This document shows, one piece after another, positions 55,122 through 63,164 of a stretch of 63,858 bases of DNA. A program made the position numbers and the translations under genes. The notes beneath the pieces are model-generated. The model ran no database searches, was not told where the DNA came from, and saw nothing but the letters and a program-made list of their open reading frames with translations. The stretch is taken from positions 1 through 63,858 of the IMG/VR virus record IMGVR_UViG_3300045282_000203; one strand, 5' to 3'. The first letter of the stretch is position 1. Each line of letters opens with the position of its first letter. This stretch comes from a virus. Lineage: Duplodnaviria; Caudoviricetes.

Positions 55122-55951
55122 CTCTTCTCCTTGCTCTCACGCAGCTCCTTGAGCAGCTCGATGAGGGCGTCGGGGTCCTGGGCCAGCTCGGGCGGTACCG
55201 GCTGCTGAGGCACGTGCGGGCACCTCTGCTGAGCGTACCCATCATTGAACTTCTTCAGGTCACTCATGATCGCGGTAGCGGCCTCAGCGTTGGTGTCGTA
55301 GAGGTGGCTGCTCACCGTGGTGAGGGCGAGGTGCCCCAGCTTGACTGGCGGGAGCTGGATCACCTGGCTAACACGCTCCTGGTTCACCCGCCCGGCGACG
55401 AGCCAGGCCAGCATGCTGAAGCTGAAGACGTCGTAGGGCAGACCCAACCACACATCAGATGAGCGCATGAACACGTGCACGTTGAGCTCATCCTCTCGGA
55501 TGCTGAACCAGATCGCTACCGTGCAGGGGATGTCACGGGAGGGTGTCGGCATGTCCTTCCAGATGACGAGCCCGGCCTGCCTCGTGCTGGGATCGATGAG
55601 GAGCTTGTCGACGACCCAGGCCAGCTGACTCTTGATCCGGGGGCCGTAGGCGCCGGTGAACTTCGTTCCGTCGTCACTGAACTGGGCGATGTGGGAGTTG
55701 TACGGGGCGATGCCCGCGACGGTGTCGTCCCCCGTGAGGATCCAGAACGCTTCCGCGGCCATGAACGCGTAATTCAGCTTGCGCTGAGGGACGCGGACCA
55801 CCGGCTTGTTCAGGTCGATGAAGAAGGTCTGGTGCAGCAGCTCCTTCGTGCCGAGGTTGCGTGGTGCCGAGCGGGCCCCGGTGTAGAAGATGTTGGCGAG
55901 AGCTCTGAGCCACTCCATGGTGGCATCTTGAGAGATGATGGGTGGGTTCAT
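55109..55951 (-). CDS. Thymidylate synthase homolog with cytosine-type Asp (putative dCMP hydroxymethylase)
   Basis: YGPR, TRQA, DIPCT, MRSSDVWLGLPYD (D at the ThyA N177 position), SHLY. Confidence 0.85.
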   Translation of the reverse strand: MNPPIISQDATMEWLRALANIFYTGARSAPRNLGTKELLHQTFFIDLNKPVVRVPQRKLNYAFMAAEAFWILTGDDTVAGIAPYNSHIAQFSDDGTKFTGAYGPRIKSQLAWVVDKLLIDPSTRQAGLVIWKDMPTPSRDIPCTVAIWFSIREDELNVHVFMRSSDVWLGLPYDVFSFSMLAWLVAGRVNQERVSQVIQLPPVKLGHLALTTVSSHLYDTNAEAATAIMSDLKKFNDGYAQQRCPHVPQQPVPPELAQDPDALIELLKELRESKEKRWWL

Positions 55952-56898
55952 GCGTTCTCCTTCATGCGGGCCTGCTGGATGAGACCGATGAGCGGGTAGG
56001 GCTCGTGGTGATGGAAGCGCTTCGCGTGCTGAGGGTGGTCCACGGTGACGTGGTGGATGTCGAGGGCTGTGAGTCGCTCGTGGGCCTTCTGCCCGAGAGC
56101 GAAGACATGAGGATAGTGGAGACGATCGTCGTTGTCGATCACGAGATCTTCATTGAAGGCCTCAAGCTCATCAGAGTTCACCCAGAGGAGCTCACTCTCT
56201 GGGATGTCTGCCTCAACCAGCTGATCGGTGAGCCACGTGCTGCAGCCCAGCCGAGTCAACGCGGCGAATGGCCACTGGTAGAGAGTGTCACCGTCCTGCC
56301 TCTCTCCGAACTCATCGCCCACGAGAACGATCCTCGCAAGGAGGTTCCCCGCTCCGTGGTGGCTCGTGGACAGGGTGACACCACTCAGAGTTCCACGTCG
56401 CACAAGATCGATCACGGCATCTTTGGTGTAGTCGAACCTGAGCACCTCGAGATCGGTCTGAGACTCGAGACGGTTGTACAGCTCGTAGACCTCGGTGAGC
56501 TGCTTCTCGTTGTCGAGGAGCTCGAGCTGCCTCCGTTCCCTGTAGGTCCGCAGCACCACCTCAAGGGGCGGGAGGCAGAGCACCACGGTGGGGTCGCAGC
56601 GCAGCGCGAGACGCTCGAGGTGACGACGGTAGGTCACGCCCAGGCGGTTCTCCCCACCGCGGAAGACCTTCCCGTAGATGGGCTCGCTGAGCCAGCTGCG
56701 ATCGAGAACCGTGGTGGTGAAGCCGAGGACCGCGGGCAGCATCGACTCGACGTAGAGCCGAGCGAGGCCGCCGCTCACGTTCTTGTAGGGGCCGTGGTGG
56801 ACCACATGTGTGTTGATGCCGGTGACGAGCTTCTTGATCGTGGTTGTCTTCCCACCGCCATCAGGGCCCTCGAAGATGATCAGCTTCTCACTGTCCAC
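55948..56898 (-). CDS. Nucleotide (thymidylate-type) kinase fused to a UDG-like domain
   Basis: EGPDGGGKTT, LDRSWLSE.IYG; C-terminal VLVGDEFG..PF..W.N..ALG..A..DHP. Confidence 0.8.
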   Translation of the reverse strand: MDSEKLIIFEGPDGGGKTTTIKKLVTGINTHVVHHGPYKNVSGGLARLYVESMLPAVLGFTTTVLDRSWLSEPIYGKVFRGGENRLGVTYRRHLERLALRCDPTVVLCLPPLEVVLRTYRERRQLELLDNEKQLTEVYELYNRLESQTDLEVLRFDYTKDAVIDLVRRGTLSGVTLSTSHHGAGNLLARIVLVGDEFGERQDGDTLYQWPFAALTRLGCSTWLTDQLVEADIPESELLWVNSDELEAFNEDLVIDNDDRLHYPHVFALGQKAHERLTALDIHHVTVDHPQHAKRFHHHEPYPLIGLIQQARMKENA

Positions 56899-57424
56899 CG
56901 TGCACCTCCGTGTGATACACCGCATCATCCGAGCAGAGCGCGTCGTGCACCTCTCCGTTCACCTCGAAGTCGAAGCGTCGGTAGCCCGCGTGCCTCAGCA
57001 ATGCCTCATGACGAGGTGGCACCCAGCCAGCTGGCTTCACCACGTCTACCTGATGACCGCGCTTCCCGATACCGTTGACCTTGCTCATGTTCGCCCGCTG
57101 CACCTCGTCCCAGCCGTCTGACCACATCGCTCGGAGGCCGAGCATCTGTGCGGTGCCCTTGGCGAAGTAGACGAGATCAAGAAGAGCGTCGAACTGGCCC
57201 ACGAGGTCCTGTGAGTCGACGGCGTCCTCGAACTCGTTCAGCTCCTCACGAAGGCAAGCGAGCCGCTCACGGAGCTTGCGGCGGGTGAGGTGCGTGGGTT
57301 CATCATTGAGAAGATGATCGAACTTCTTCTGGAACCGGCGCACGTCCTCCATCTCTGGATCGAGGTGGCCGATGAAGAAGAGCTGGTCCAGCCAGCTGCA
57401 GAGGTTTTCCCAGAGGCTTTTCAT
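56888..57424 (-). CDS. MazG-like/all-alpha NTP pyrophosphatase (putative dCTPase)
   Basis: LREELNEF, DALLDLVYFAKG, WDEVQRANMSK, KPAGW.PP. Confidence 0.85.
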   Translation of the reverse strand: MKSLWENLCSWLDQLFFIGHLDPEMEDVRRFQKKFDHLLNDEPTHLTRRKLRERLACLREELNEFEDAVDSQDLVGQFDALLDLVYFAKGTAQMLGLRAMWSDGWDEVQRANMSKVNGIGKRGHQVDVVKPAGWVPPRHEALLRHAGYRRFDFEVNGEVHDALCSDDAVYHTEVHGGQ

Positions 57425-57551
57425 AAGTTCTTTCCTTTCAGCAAATATAACATTAAACATGTGTTCAGTTAGAGGAGATCAGGATGACCCAGGTGGTGGC
57501 CAGGGTCTCTAGCTGCTGACCCACGAACGAGGATCTCGCGATCATCTGGGG

Positions 57552-58523
57552 TCATCTGGCACCCACCGTCAACCGCTTGTCCCAGGCCTTGAGGACCTCC
57601 TTTCTCAGCAGCTGGTGGTAGCTCTGGTGCCAGGCCTGCTGGGCCTGGAAGATCTTCGAGCGGCGCTTGAGGAAGTACTCGATCTGGTCGACGTCCTCAA
57701 GGACGTAGGGCCTGATGTCGATGCCCACTGCCTCGAACCGCGGCACCGCCTCCTCCTGGAACACCATCGGCAGCCCAGCACCCAGCATCTCGTAGAAGCG
57801 TGCCGCTGGGTTGACGAAGAACCTGACCTCGTCCTGGAGGTAGAGTCCCAGTGAGTAGGCGCCGATCGCGTCAGCGAGCTGATGATGGGGCACAGGTGGC
57901 GCGAGCTGCAGATGCGGGTAGCGCTCCAGCCAGCGCTCATTCTGAGTGGTGTTGGTCATCACCGTCACGTCGGGGCTTTCAGCAGAGAAGAAGCGATCAA
58001 ACGTCTTCACCCGCCCGGTGCGCATGGCCCCGTAGTAGAGGAGGTTGCGGACCTTGGGGCGCTGCGGGGTGATCCTGTTGTAGAACAGGTAGTCCCAGTG
58101 GATCAGCTTGCTGAACTCCGAGCGCTCCGTGTAGTGGGGCACCGTCGTCCAGAAGTCGAGGTTGAGACCGCGGTCGAGTGCCTCCCTGATGGCGACGAGG
58201 ACAGGGCTGGCTGAGGACTTCGTGTTGTGGCTCGGCTTCTCCAGGTGGTAGTCGTTCACCACCCAGATGACCTGCTTCGCCTTGCGGATGACGGCGGCGA
58301 GTTCCTGCTGGGCGTGACAGTGATGCATGAGCCCGTTGATGACGAAGAGGGTGTCTGGCTGGTAGGCCAGGAGCTCTTCACCTCCTCGCCTCCCGGTAGC
58401 CTTGTTCTTGCTGTCACCCCAGACGGGGATCTTCAGGGTCTCGCTGAGGAACAGCGCGAGGAGGCTGTTGCAGTTGATCGCGCCCTCATTGAGGGCTGTC
58501 AGGTTGAAGACTGCGACTTTCAT
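57552..58523 (-). CDS. DNA glycosyltransferase, T4 beta-glucosyltransferase-like (GT-B)
   Basis: MKVAVFN start; LLYYGAMRTGR resembles T4 BGT VIYGGSFRSGQR; RFYEML resembles RVWETM; similar length (recalled comparison). Confidence 0.7.
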   Translation of the reverse strand: MKVAVFNLTALNEGAINCNSLLALFLSETLKIPVWGDSKNKATGRRGGEELLAYQPDTLFVINGLMHHCHAQQELAAVIRKAKQVIWVVNDYHLEKPSHNTKSSASPVLVAIREALDRGLNLDFWTTVPHYTERSEFSKLIHWDYLFYNRITPQRPKVRNLLYYGAMRTGRVKTFDRFFSAESPDVTVMTNTTQNERWLERYPHLQLAPPVPHHQLADAIGAYSLGLYLQDEVRFFVNPAARFYEMLGAGLPMVFQEEAVPRFEAVGIDIRPYVLEDVDQIEYFLKRRSKIFQAQQAWHQSYHQLLRKEVLKAWDKRLTVGAR

Positions 58524-59551
58524 AGGTCCTCCTCTTCGATGGTGGGTGACAAGATCTTCACGAGACGGTACTTGGGATCACCTCGCAGAGGTGGCTTGAT
58601 GAGACCGCCCTTGACGGCATTGGCCAACCACTCACCCGCGGGGGCGAGGACAGTACGCGAGAGCAGCCCACTGATCGCGCCCAGCTTGTCAGATTCGATC
58701 TTCCAGGTCTTCGGCAGGCCGCTAATCGCGAGCATCTCCTTGTACGAGAGACGACGTGGTTCGTCGTAGTGACGGCAGGAGCCTGGGAAGAACACCCCGC
58801 AGATCTCGTCGGGTCTGAAGCGCTTGGCCAGCCAGTTCGGTTTGCAGGTGATTTTCTTCTGCTGGGCGGCGGGGAGACTGCGATACGCCTCTGAGTACTT
58901 GTAGTGGTGCTTGGGGCAGATCTTCCAGAGGAAGATGTCACCGTCCGTCTCCGACCACTTCTCTGCTGGCTTCACCTTGATGCTCTTCAGCAGGCTCCCC
59001 ACCGTCGGGTGCTTGGTCACCACCTTGGGCCACACGAGTGGGTGCTGGTGGGCGATGAAGAACATGCGCTTGCGATGCTGAGGCGCACCGAGGTAGAGGT
59101 TGTTCTGGATGAGCACCGTGACGTGGTAGCCGCGATCCATCCACAGCTTGGCCTTCTTGTCGACGAAGTTCCTGCCCTTTCCCCACGCCTGGGTGACGGA
59201 CTCCCAGACGAAGGTCTTGGTCTTCATCCTGAGGCCGGCATCCATGAGGCTCTCCACGCAGTCGAGGCGAGGATCAACGTCCCACGTGTGGGCTCGGCCG
59301 GCTGAGAGGGTGGACCAGGGCGCGCAGGGCGGGTTGCTGTAGAGAAGATCGACCTTGCCGAAACTGTCGGCAGCCCAGTTCTCCTTCCCGATGCGGATGT
59401 CGAGGTGTGGGAAGTTGAGCTTCGCTGTCTTCACCCCGTACGCCACGTGCTCGAGGTGCACATCGACCTCGAACCCCGCCTTCATGACGCCGTGGGTGAA
59501 GGCGCCGGCGAAGCAGTCACCGCCGACTGCAACGAACCTTGATCTGACCAT
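58520..59551 (-). CDS. Divergent DNA C5-cytosine methyltransferase-family protein
   Basis: CFAGAF (motif I), NPPC (IV), WESV (VI), PQHRKRMF (VIII), RRLSYKE..GLP (IX). Confidence 0.8.
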   Translation of the reverse strand: MVRSRFVAVGGDCFAGAFTHGVMKAGFEVDVHLEHVAYGVKTAKLNFPHLDIRIGKENWAADSFGKVDLLYSNPPCAPWSTLSAGRAHTWDVDPRLDCVESLMDAGLRMKTKTFVWESVTQAWGKGRNFVDKKAKLWMDRGYHVTVLIQNNLYLGAPQHRKRMFFIAHQHPLVWPKVVTKHPTVGSLLKSIKVKPAEKWSETDGDIFLWKICPKHHYKYSEAYRSLPAAQQKKITCKPNWLAKRFRPDEICGVFFPGSCRHYDEPRRLSYKEMLAISGLPKTWKIESDKLGAISGLLSRTVLAPAGEWLANAVKGGLIKPPLRGDPKYRLVKILSPTIEEEDL

Positions 59552-59576
59552 GTGAGTCTCCTTGATGGGCGATTAT

Positions 59577-61058
59577 TCAGGCTGCGCGCCTACGGTGCTT
59601 GGCGAGGTTGAGAAGTGCGGTGAAGAGCTTCTGCTGACCACCTTCTTTCTCAGTGAGCGTAGGCATCATCACAAGATCTTCGACGGTGTCACGCATGAGG
59701 AGACGGTGGATCATCGTGTGCTTCCTGGTATTGCCGGAGCGGATGACCCGGCTGTTGAACTGATCGTAGAGGTCCTGGTCCCACGTGGGTGTGTGCCAGC
59801 AGAGATCAGCCTCGCACCCCTGGAGGTTGAGACCGGTGCCGATGGACTGGGGATGACCGAACATCACTGGGACGTCGCCGGCGTTCCACTTGTCTTCTAC
59901 CTTGGTGTAGTCCTTGTCCTTTACGTCACTGATGAACACCGCCTTCGGGAACCTCTTCTTGAGACGATCGACGTCGTGGTGGAAGTCGTAAGCGACGAGA
60001 AGTGGGCGGTGCTGCATCTCATCAATGAGGTCCTCCAGGGCGTCGGTCTTCTGATCGTGGATGTTGATCCACTCTCGCTTCCGCATCTTCAGGTTGATGC
60101 TCAGAGTCTTCACCACCTCGGGGTCGAGGTAGATCCCACCTGAGCAGATCTGACGACACTTCACACTCTTGGCGCCAGCTGTCCCAGCCTTCACGAGATT
60201 GCCGTTGATCTCAGCGATCATGAGAGCTTCCATCTCCTCATAGATGCGACGGTAATCTTCATCGAAGTCGATGAGGATGTCGTTCTCGACCCGCTCGGGG
60301 AGGTCGATCTCTGAGCTCGGGACGTGCATCATGAGGTGGGAGAGCTTCTCATAGATGCGCTCCTCAGCGTCGAGCTTAGGCACGAGCTCGTAGGGCCCCA
60401 CCTGATCAAAGAACTCTCTCCGGAAGTACGTGATGTACTGGCCGAGAGCGTTACCCATGTCGAGGACGTAGGTCTCTCCGAAGAGATCTTCGAGACCGTT
60501 CGACCCCGCGCTGCCGGTGAGACCCCATCGTCGCCCGAAGGTGTGGAGGATCGTCTTGAGGGTCTTGAAGCGGAGTGAGGTAGTGTGCTTGAACTTCTGC
60601 AGCTCATCCACGACGAGAAGATCGAAGCCGAGCTTCTTGAAGGCGCGGACATCGACATCGACGTAGGACTTGTTCTTCGCATCCTTGGTGACGGTGGGAC
60701 CAAGAAGCCACTGCAGCCCCTCAGGGGTGATCGTGTAGATGTCCGCGTCGCGGCGCAATGCCTTCTCACGGTCCTTGCCGTGGAGGATCTCAACCTTGAG
60801 ATGCTTGAAGTCCTCCCACTTCGCCACCTCGCCCGGCCAGACCGCGTAGCACGGCCGCTTCGGAGCGATGACGAGGACCTTGTGAACGAGGCCCTGCTTC
60901 TTGAGGAGACTGATGGCGGCGAGGGTCGTGCTGGTCTTGCGGAGTCCCGGCTTGAACAGGAGTCCAGCGCAAGCGTGTGATAGGAGGAACTTCATTCCTC
61001 TCTTCTGGAACTTCGCGGGCTTCCACTTCTGGGGTGGCTTCTTGATCAGGTCATTCAT
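59577..61058 (-). CDS. SNF2-family helicase
   Basis: PGLRKT, LVIAP, VVDE, GLTGS, GTGLNLQ, Q...R..RSG. Confidence 0.9.
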   Translation of the reverse strand: MNDLIKKPPQKWKPAKFQKRGMKFLLSHACAGLLFKPGLRKTSTTLAAISLLKKQGLVHKVLVIAPKRPCYAVWPGEVAKWEDFKHLKVEILHGKDREKALRRDADIYTITPEGLQWLLGPTVTKDAKNKSYVDVDVRAFKKLGFDLLVVDELQKFKHTTSLRFKTLKTILHTFGRRWGLTGSAGSNGLEDLFGETYVLDMGNALGQYITYFRREFFDQVGPYELVPKLDAEERIYEKLSHLMMHVPSSEIDLPERVENDILIDFDEDYRRIYEEMEALMIAEINGNLVKAGTAGAKSVKCRQICSGGIYLDPEVVKTLSINLKMRKREWINIHDQKTDALEDLIDEMQHRPLLVAYDFHHDVDRLKKRFPKAVFISDVKDKDYTKVEDKWNAGDVPVMFGHPQSIGTGLNLQGCEADLCWHTPTWDQDLYDQFNSRVIRSGNTRKHTMIHRLLMRDTVEDLVMMPTLTEKEGGQQKLFTALLNLAKHRRRAA

Positions 61059-61536
61059 GAAATCTCCATCGACGTTTTGCAGATTCACTCATCTTTCTTT
61101 TTGTTGCATCAGAATGTTTCCGTCCCAGTCCAGCATTTCTCACCTTCTCCCGTGTTTCTAAGGAGAGTGTTGTCCCTAATCTAGCATTTCGGATTTTCTT
61201 CTTAGACTCTGTTGAATGTTTTCTTCCAAGCCACGTTTGTCTTATCTTCTCTCGCCCCTCTTTTGACAATCTCGATTTTAGTCGTCCCTTCTCTGAAGCA
61301 TCCCACATGTTATCTTTGCAAGTGCCGAGAAAGTGATGCTCATCTCTGATGCACCGTGGGTTATCACATGTATGACAGACGAAGATCTTACTTGAGGCAA
61401 TAGGTCCGTGACGCATCTGATAAAGACGACGCGAAACCCCATTTGCAGTTGTATCACATTGAGCCGGACGGACTAAGCATTTGCCCTCCCAATGAGATTC
61501 ATTTTCGTAATCCTGAATTGTTTTTCTTCGTCCCAT
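61051..61536 (-). CDS. HNH homing endonuclease with NUMOD3-like repeats
   Basis: VCHTCDNPRC...H..LGT..DNM.D..KGR; GRKHS.E.K.KI repeats; low GC. Confidence 0.88.
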   Translation of the reverse strand: MGRRKTIQDYENESHWEGKCLVRPAQCDTTANGVSRRLYQMRHGPIASSKIFVCHTCDNPRCIRDEHHFLGTCKDNMWDASEKGRLKSRLSKEGREKIRQTWLGRKHSTESKKKIRNARLGTTLSLETREKVRNAGLGRKHSDATKRKMSESAKRRWRFHE

Positions 61537-61843
61537 TTGCCTCCTCCCATTTTTGCTTAATCAGTTGTTTACCAATCAACGTGTCATTGATGACATGCAC
61601 ATCATATCCAAGAGATTTTAATTGATCATGAGTTGCTGCTTGAAGCGCAGAAAGTTTTCCAATCTCGCTCTTAAACTCAATGAGAAGTGGTAAGCCGCCG
61701 GGGATCCAAATAATAAAATCTGGGAGGCCCGATACTTGGAAAACTGAGCCCGAACTAAGTTTATCGCATCGTATTCCTTGCTTCTTCGCCCACCCGATGA
61801 CCGAGGACTGGATGCTCTTCTCGAGGTTCCTGGATACTCTCAT
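61499..61843 (-). CDS. VRR-NUC nuclease
   Basis: EKSIQ, GLPD, IEFK..GKLSALQ, LG..V.V. Confidence 0.88.
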   Translation of the reverse strand: MRVSRNLEKSIQSSVIGWAKKQGIRCDKLSSGSVFQVSGLPDFIIWIPGGLPLLIEFKSEIGKLSALQAATHDQLKSLGYDVHVINDTLIGKQLIKQKWEEANGTKKNNSGLRK

Positions 61844-62184
61844 GCCACCCTCCACCAACGATGATGAGTGGCGTCATCTGAGAGACGAGATACAAACCTC
61901 CACTCTTTCATGATTGAGTGATTGCGTTGCCAGTTGCGCAGAGCGGTAAAGACTCGATCACGGCTTATTATGTGAGTACTGCTGCACGGGTCGAGTGTTG
62001 GGACAGCAAAACTGTCGCCAACCTCCATCAGGATGAAAGGATACTTTAACTCTCGTGATTCATGATTATGAACCGTTTTCACTCTGGCCCAGACAGAGAT
62101 GTTCTTCTCGATCTTGTAGACGAAATCTTCCTTGGTCATCTTATCTACATCATACATGATCATCTCCTCAGTCAGTACTGACAT
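61840..62184 (-). CDS. Hypothetical protein (start uncertain)
   Basis: KYPF..MEVGDSF motif; low GC. Confidence 0.6.
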   Translation of the reverse strand: MSVLTEEMIMYDVDKMTKEDFVYKIEKNISVWARVKTVHNHESRELKYPFILMEVGDSFAVPTLDPCSSTHIISRDRVFTALRNWQRNHSIMKEWRFVSRLSDDATHHRWWRVA

Positions 62185-62909
62185 GGTCCAGAGTTGTCTT
62201 TCCTAAAGTGGCAGTTCTTGCAGTAGGCCCCCGGGCGAGGTGCGAACCGCGTGTCGCGGAGCATGGGGCTGGTGCGCTTGTGCCACGCCAGCTTCAGGCC
62301 CTTCAGGTCCTTGTGGGTGTACCTGATCTCGCCGGAGGTCTTCGGGTAGAAGAAGTTGTGGTCGGTGTAGACGAGTTGGGGCCAGACCTCGTCCACGTCG
62401 GGGTAGATGAGCAGCCCAGCAAGAGCGTAGAGGTCCAGCTGCTCGAGGTACTCCTCGTTCTTCTGCTCCCTGAACTTCCCGGTCTTCCAGTCGGTGATGA
62501 TGAGCACCTTCTTCGGCTTCTTCCCCGGGATCACCTCCACGTGGGCGAAATCGAGCTTGATGCGCACGACGCACCTAGCCCAGTCATCCCACACGGTCTT
62601 CTGCCAGTCGTGGGTGAAGGCCCAGGTGTCCTCACACACGGCGTCGGCTTCGTTCTTCTTTTTCTTGAAGAAGTCTCGGCAGGTCTTCAGGAACTCACCG
62701 ACCTTCACAAGGTCCTTAGGGACGACGCGCTTCTTCCCTTTGATGAAGTCCTCAGCCTGCTGGTGGATCTCAGTGCCACGGTCCATGTACTTGTTGCCCG
62801 GCTCCTTGAGCTTATCGATGAACTTGAGTTTCGCGCGATAAGGGCACTCGCGATAGGTGGTGTAGCGGCTGAAGGACCAGCTCGTGATCCGCTTCGTGCC
62901 GGAGCTCAC
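62172..62909 (-). CDS. PD-(D/E)xK (Cas4/RecB-like) exonuclease
   Basis: WSFS..Y.ECP, RGT.IH, D..DWKTGK, QL.LY, C..C..C. Confidence 0.88.
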   Translation of the reverse strand: MSSGTKRITSWSFSRYTTYRECPYRAKLKFIDKLKEPGNKYMDRGTEIHQQAEDFIKGKKRVVPKDLVKVGEFLKTCRDFFKKKKNEADAVCEDTWAFTHDWQKTVWDDWARCVVRIKLDFAHVEVIPGKKPKKVLIITDWKTGKFREQKNEEYLEQLDLYALAGLLIYPDVDEVWPQLVYTDHNFFYPKTSGEIRYTHKDLKGLKLAWHKRTSPMLRDTRFAPRPGAYCKNCHFRKDNSGPCQY

Positions 62910-63163
62910 TTGGACACCCGCGTCTTCCGGTGAAGGCGTACCACATCAGTTCGTTGCCACCGAGACTCGAAGCGCCTCTCACTCATCCGTTCCCACGCAC
63001 CGGTGGGGCCAACACGGTAGGCCGCCCCATCAGAGTGGTGATGAACGAGACCAGGCTGGTGGTTGCACCGGCTCTGAGTGATCCTGCGTTGAATCTCCGC
63101 GGCGCGCTGATCTTTTTCGTGCTGAGTGTCCGCCCTCTTCTTGCTTGTCGATTTCTCCTTCAT
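62906..63163 (-). CDS. Hypothetical basic protein
   Basis: GAGG RBS after the polA stop. Confidence 0.55.
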   Translation of the reverse strand: MKEKSTSKKRADTQHEKDQRAAEIQRRITQSRCNHQPGLVHHHSDGAAYRVGPTGAWERMSERRFESRWQRTDVVRLHRKTRVSK

Positions 63164-63164
63164 C

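Noticed and set aside
55109-55951. Ordinary ThyA or dUMP hydroxymethylase (hmU/thymidine hypermodification)
   Set aside because: Asp at the specificity position, a separate ThyX and no recognisable hmU-DNA kinase all favour a cytosine-directed enzyme.
62172-62909. CRISPR-Cas system suggested by a Cas4-like nuclease
   Set aside because: No repeat-spacer array or other cas genes; stand-alone PD-(D/E)xK nucleases are common in phage replication modules.
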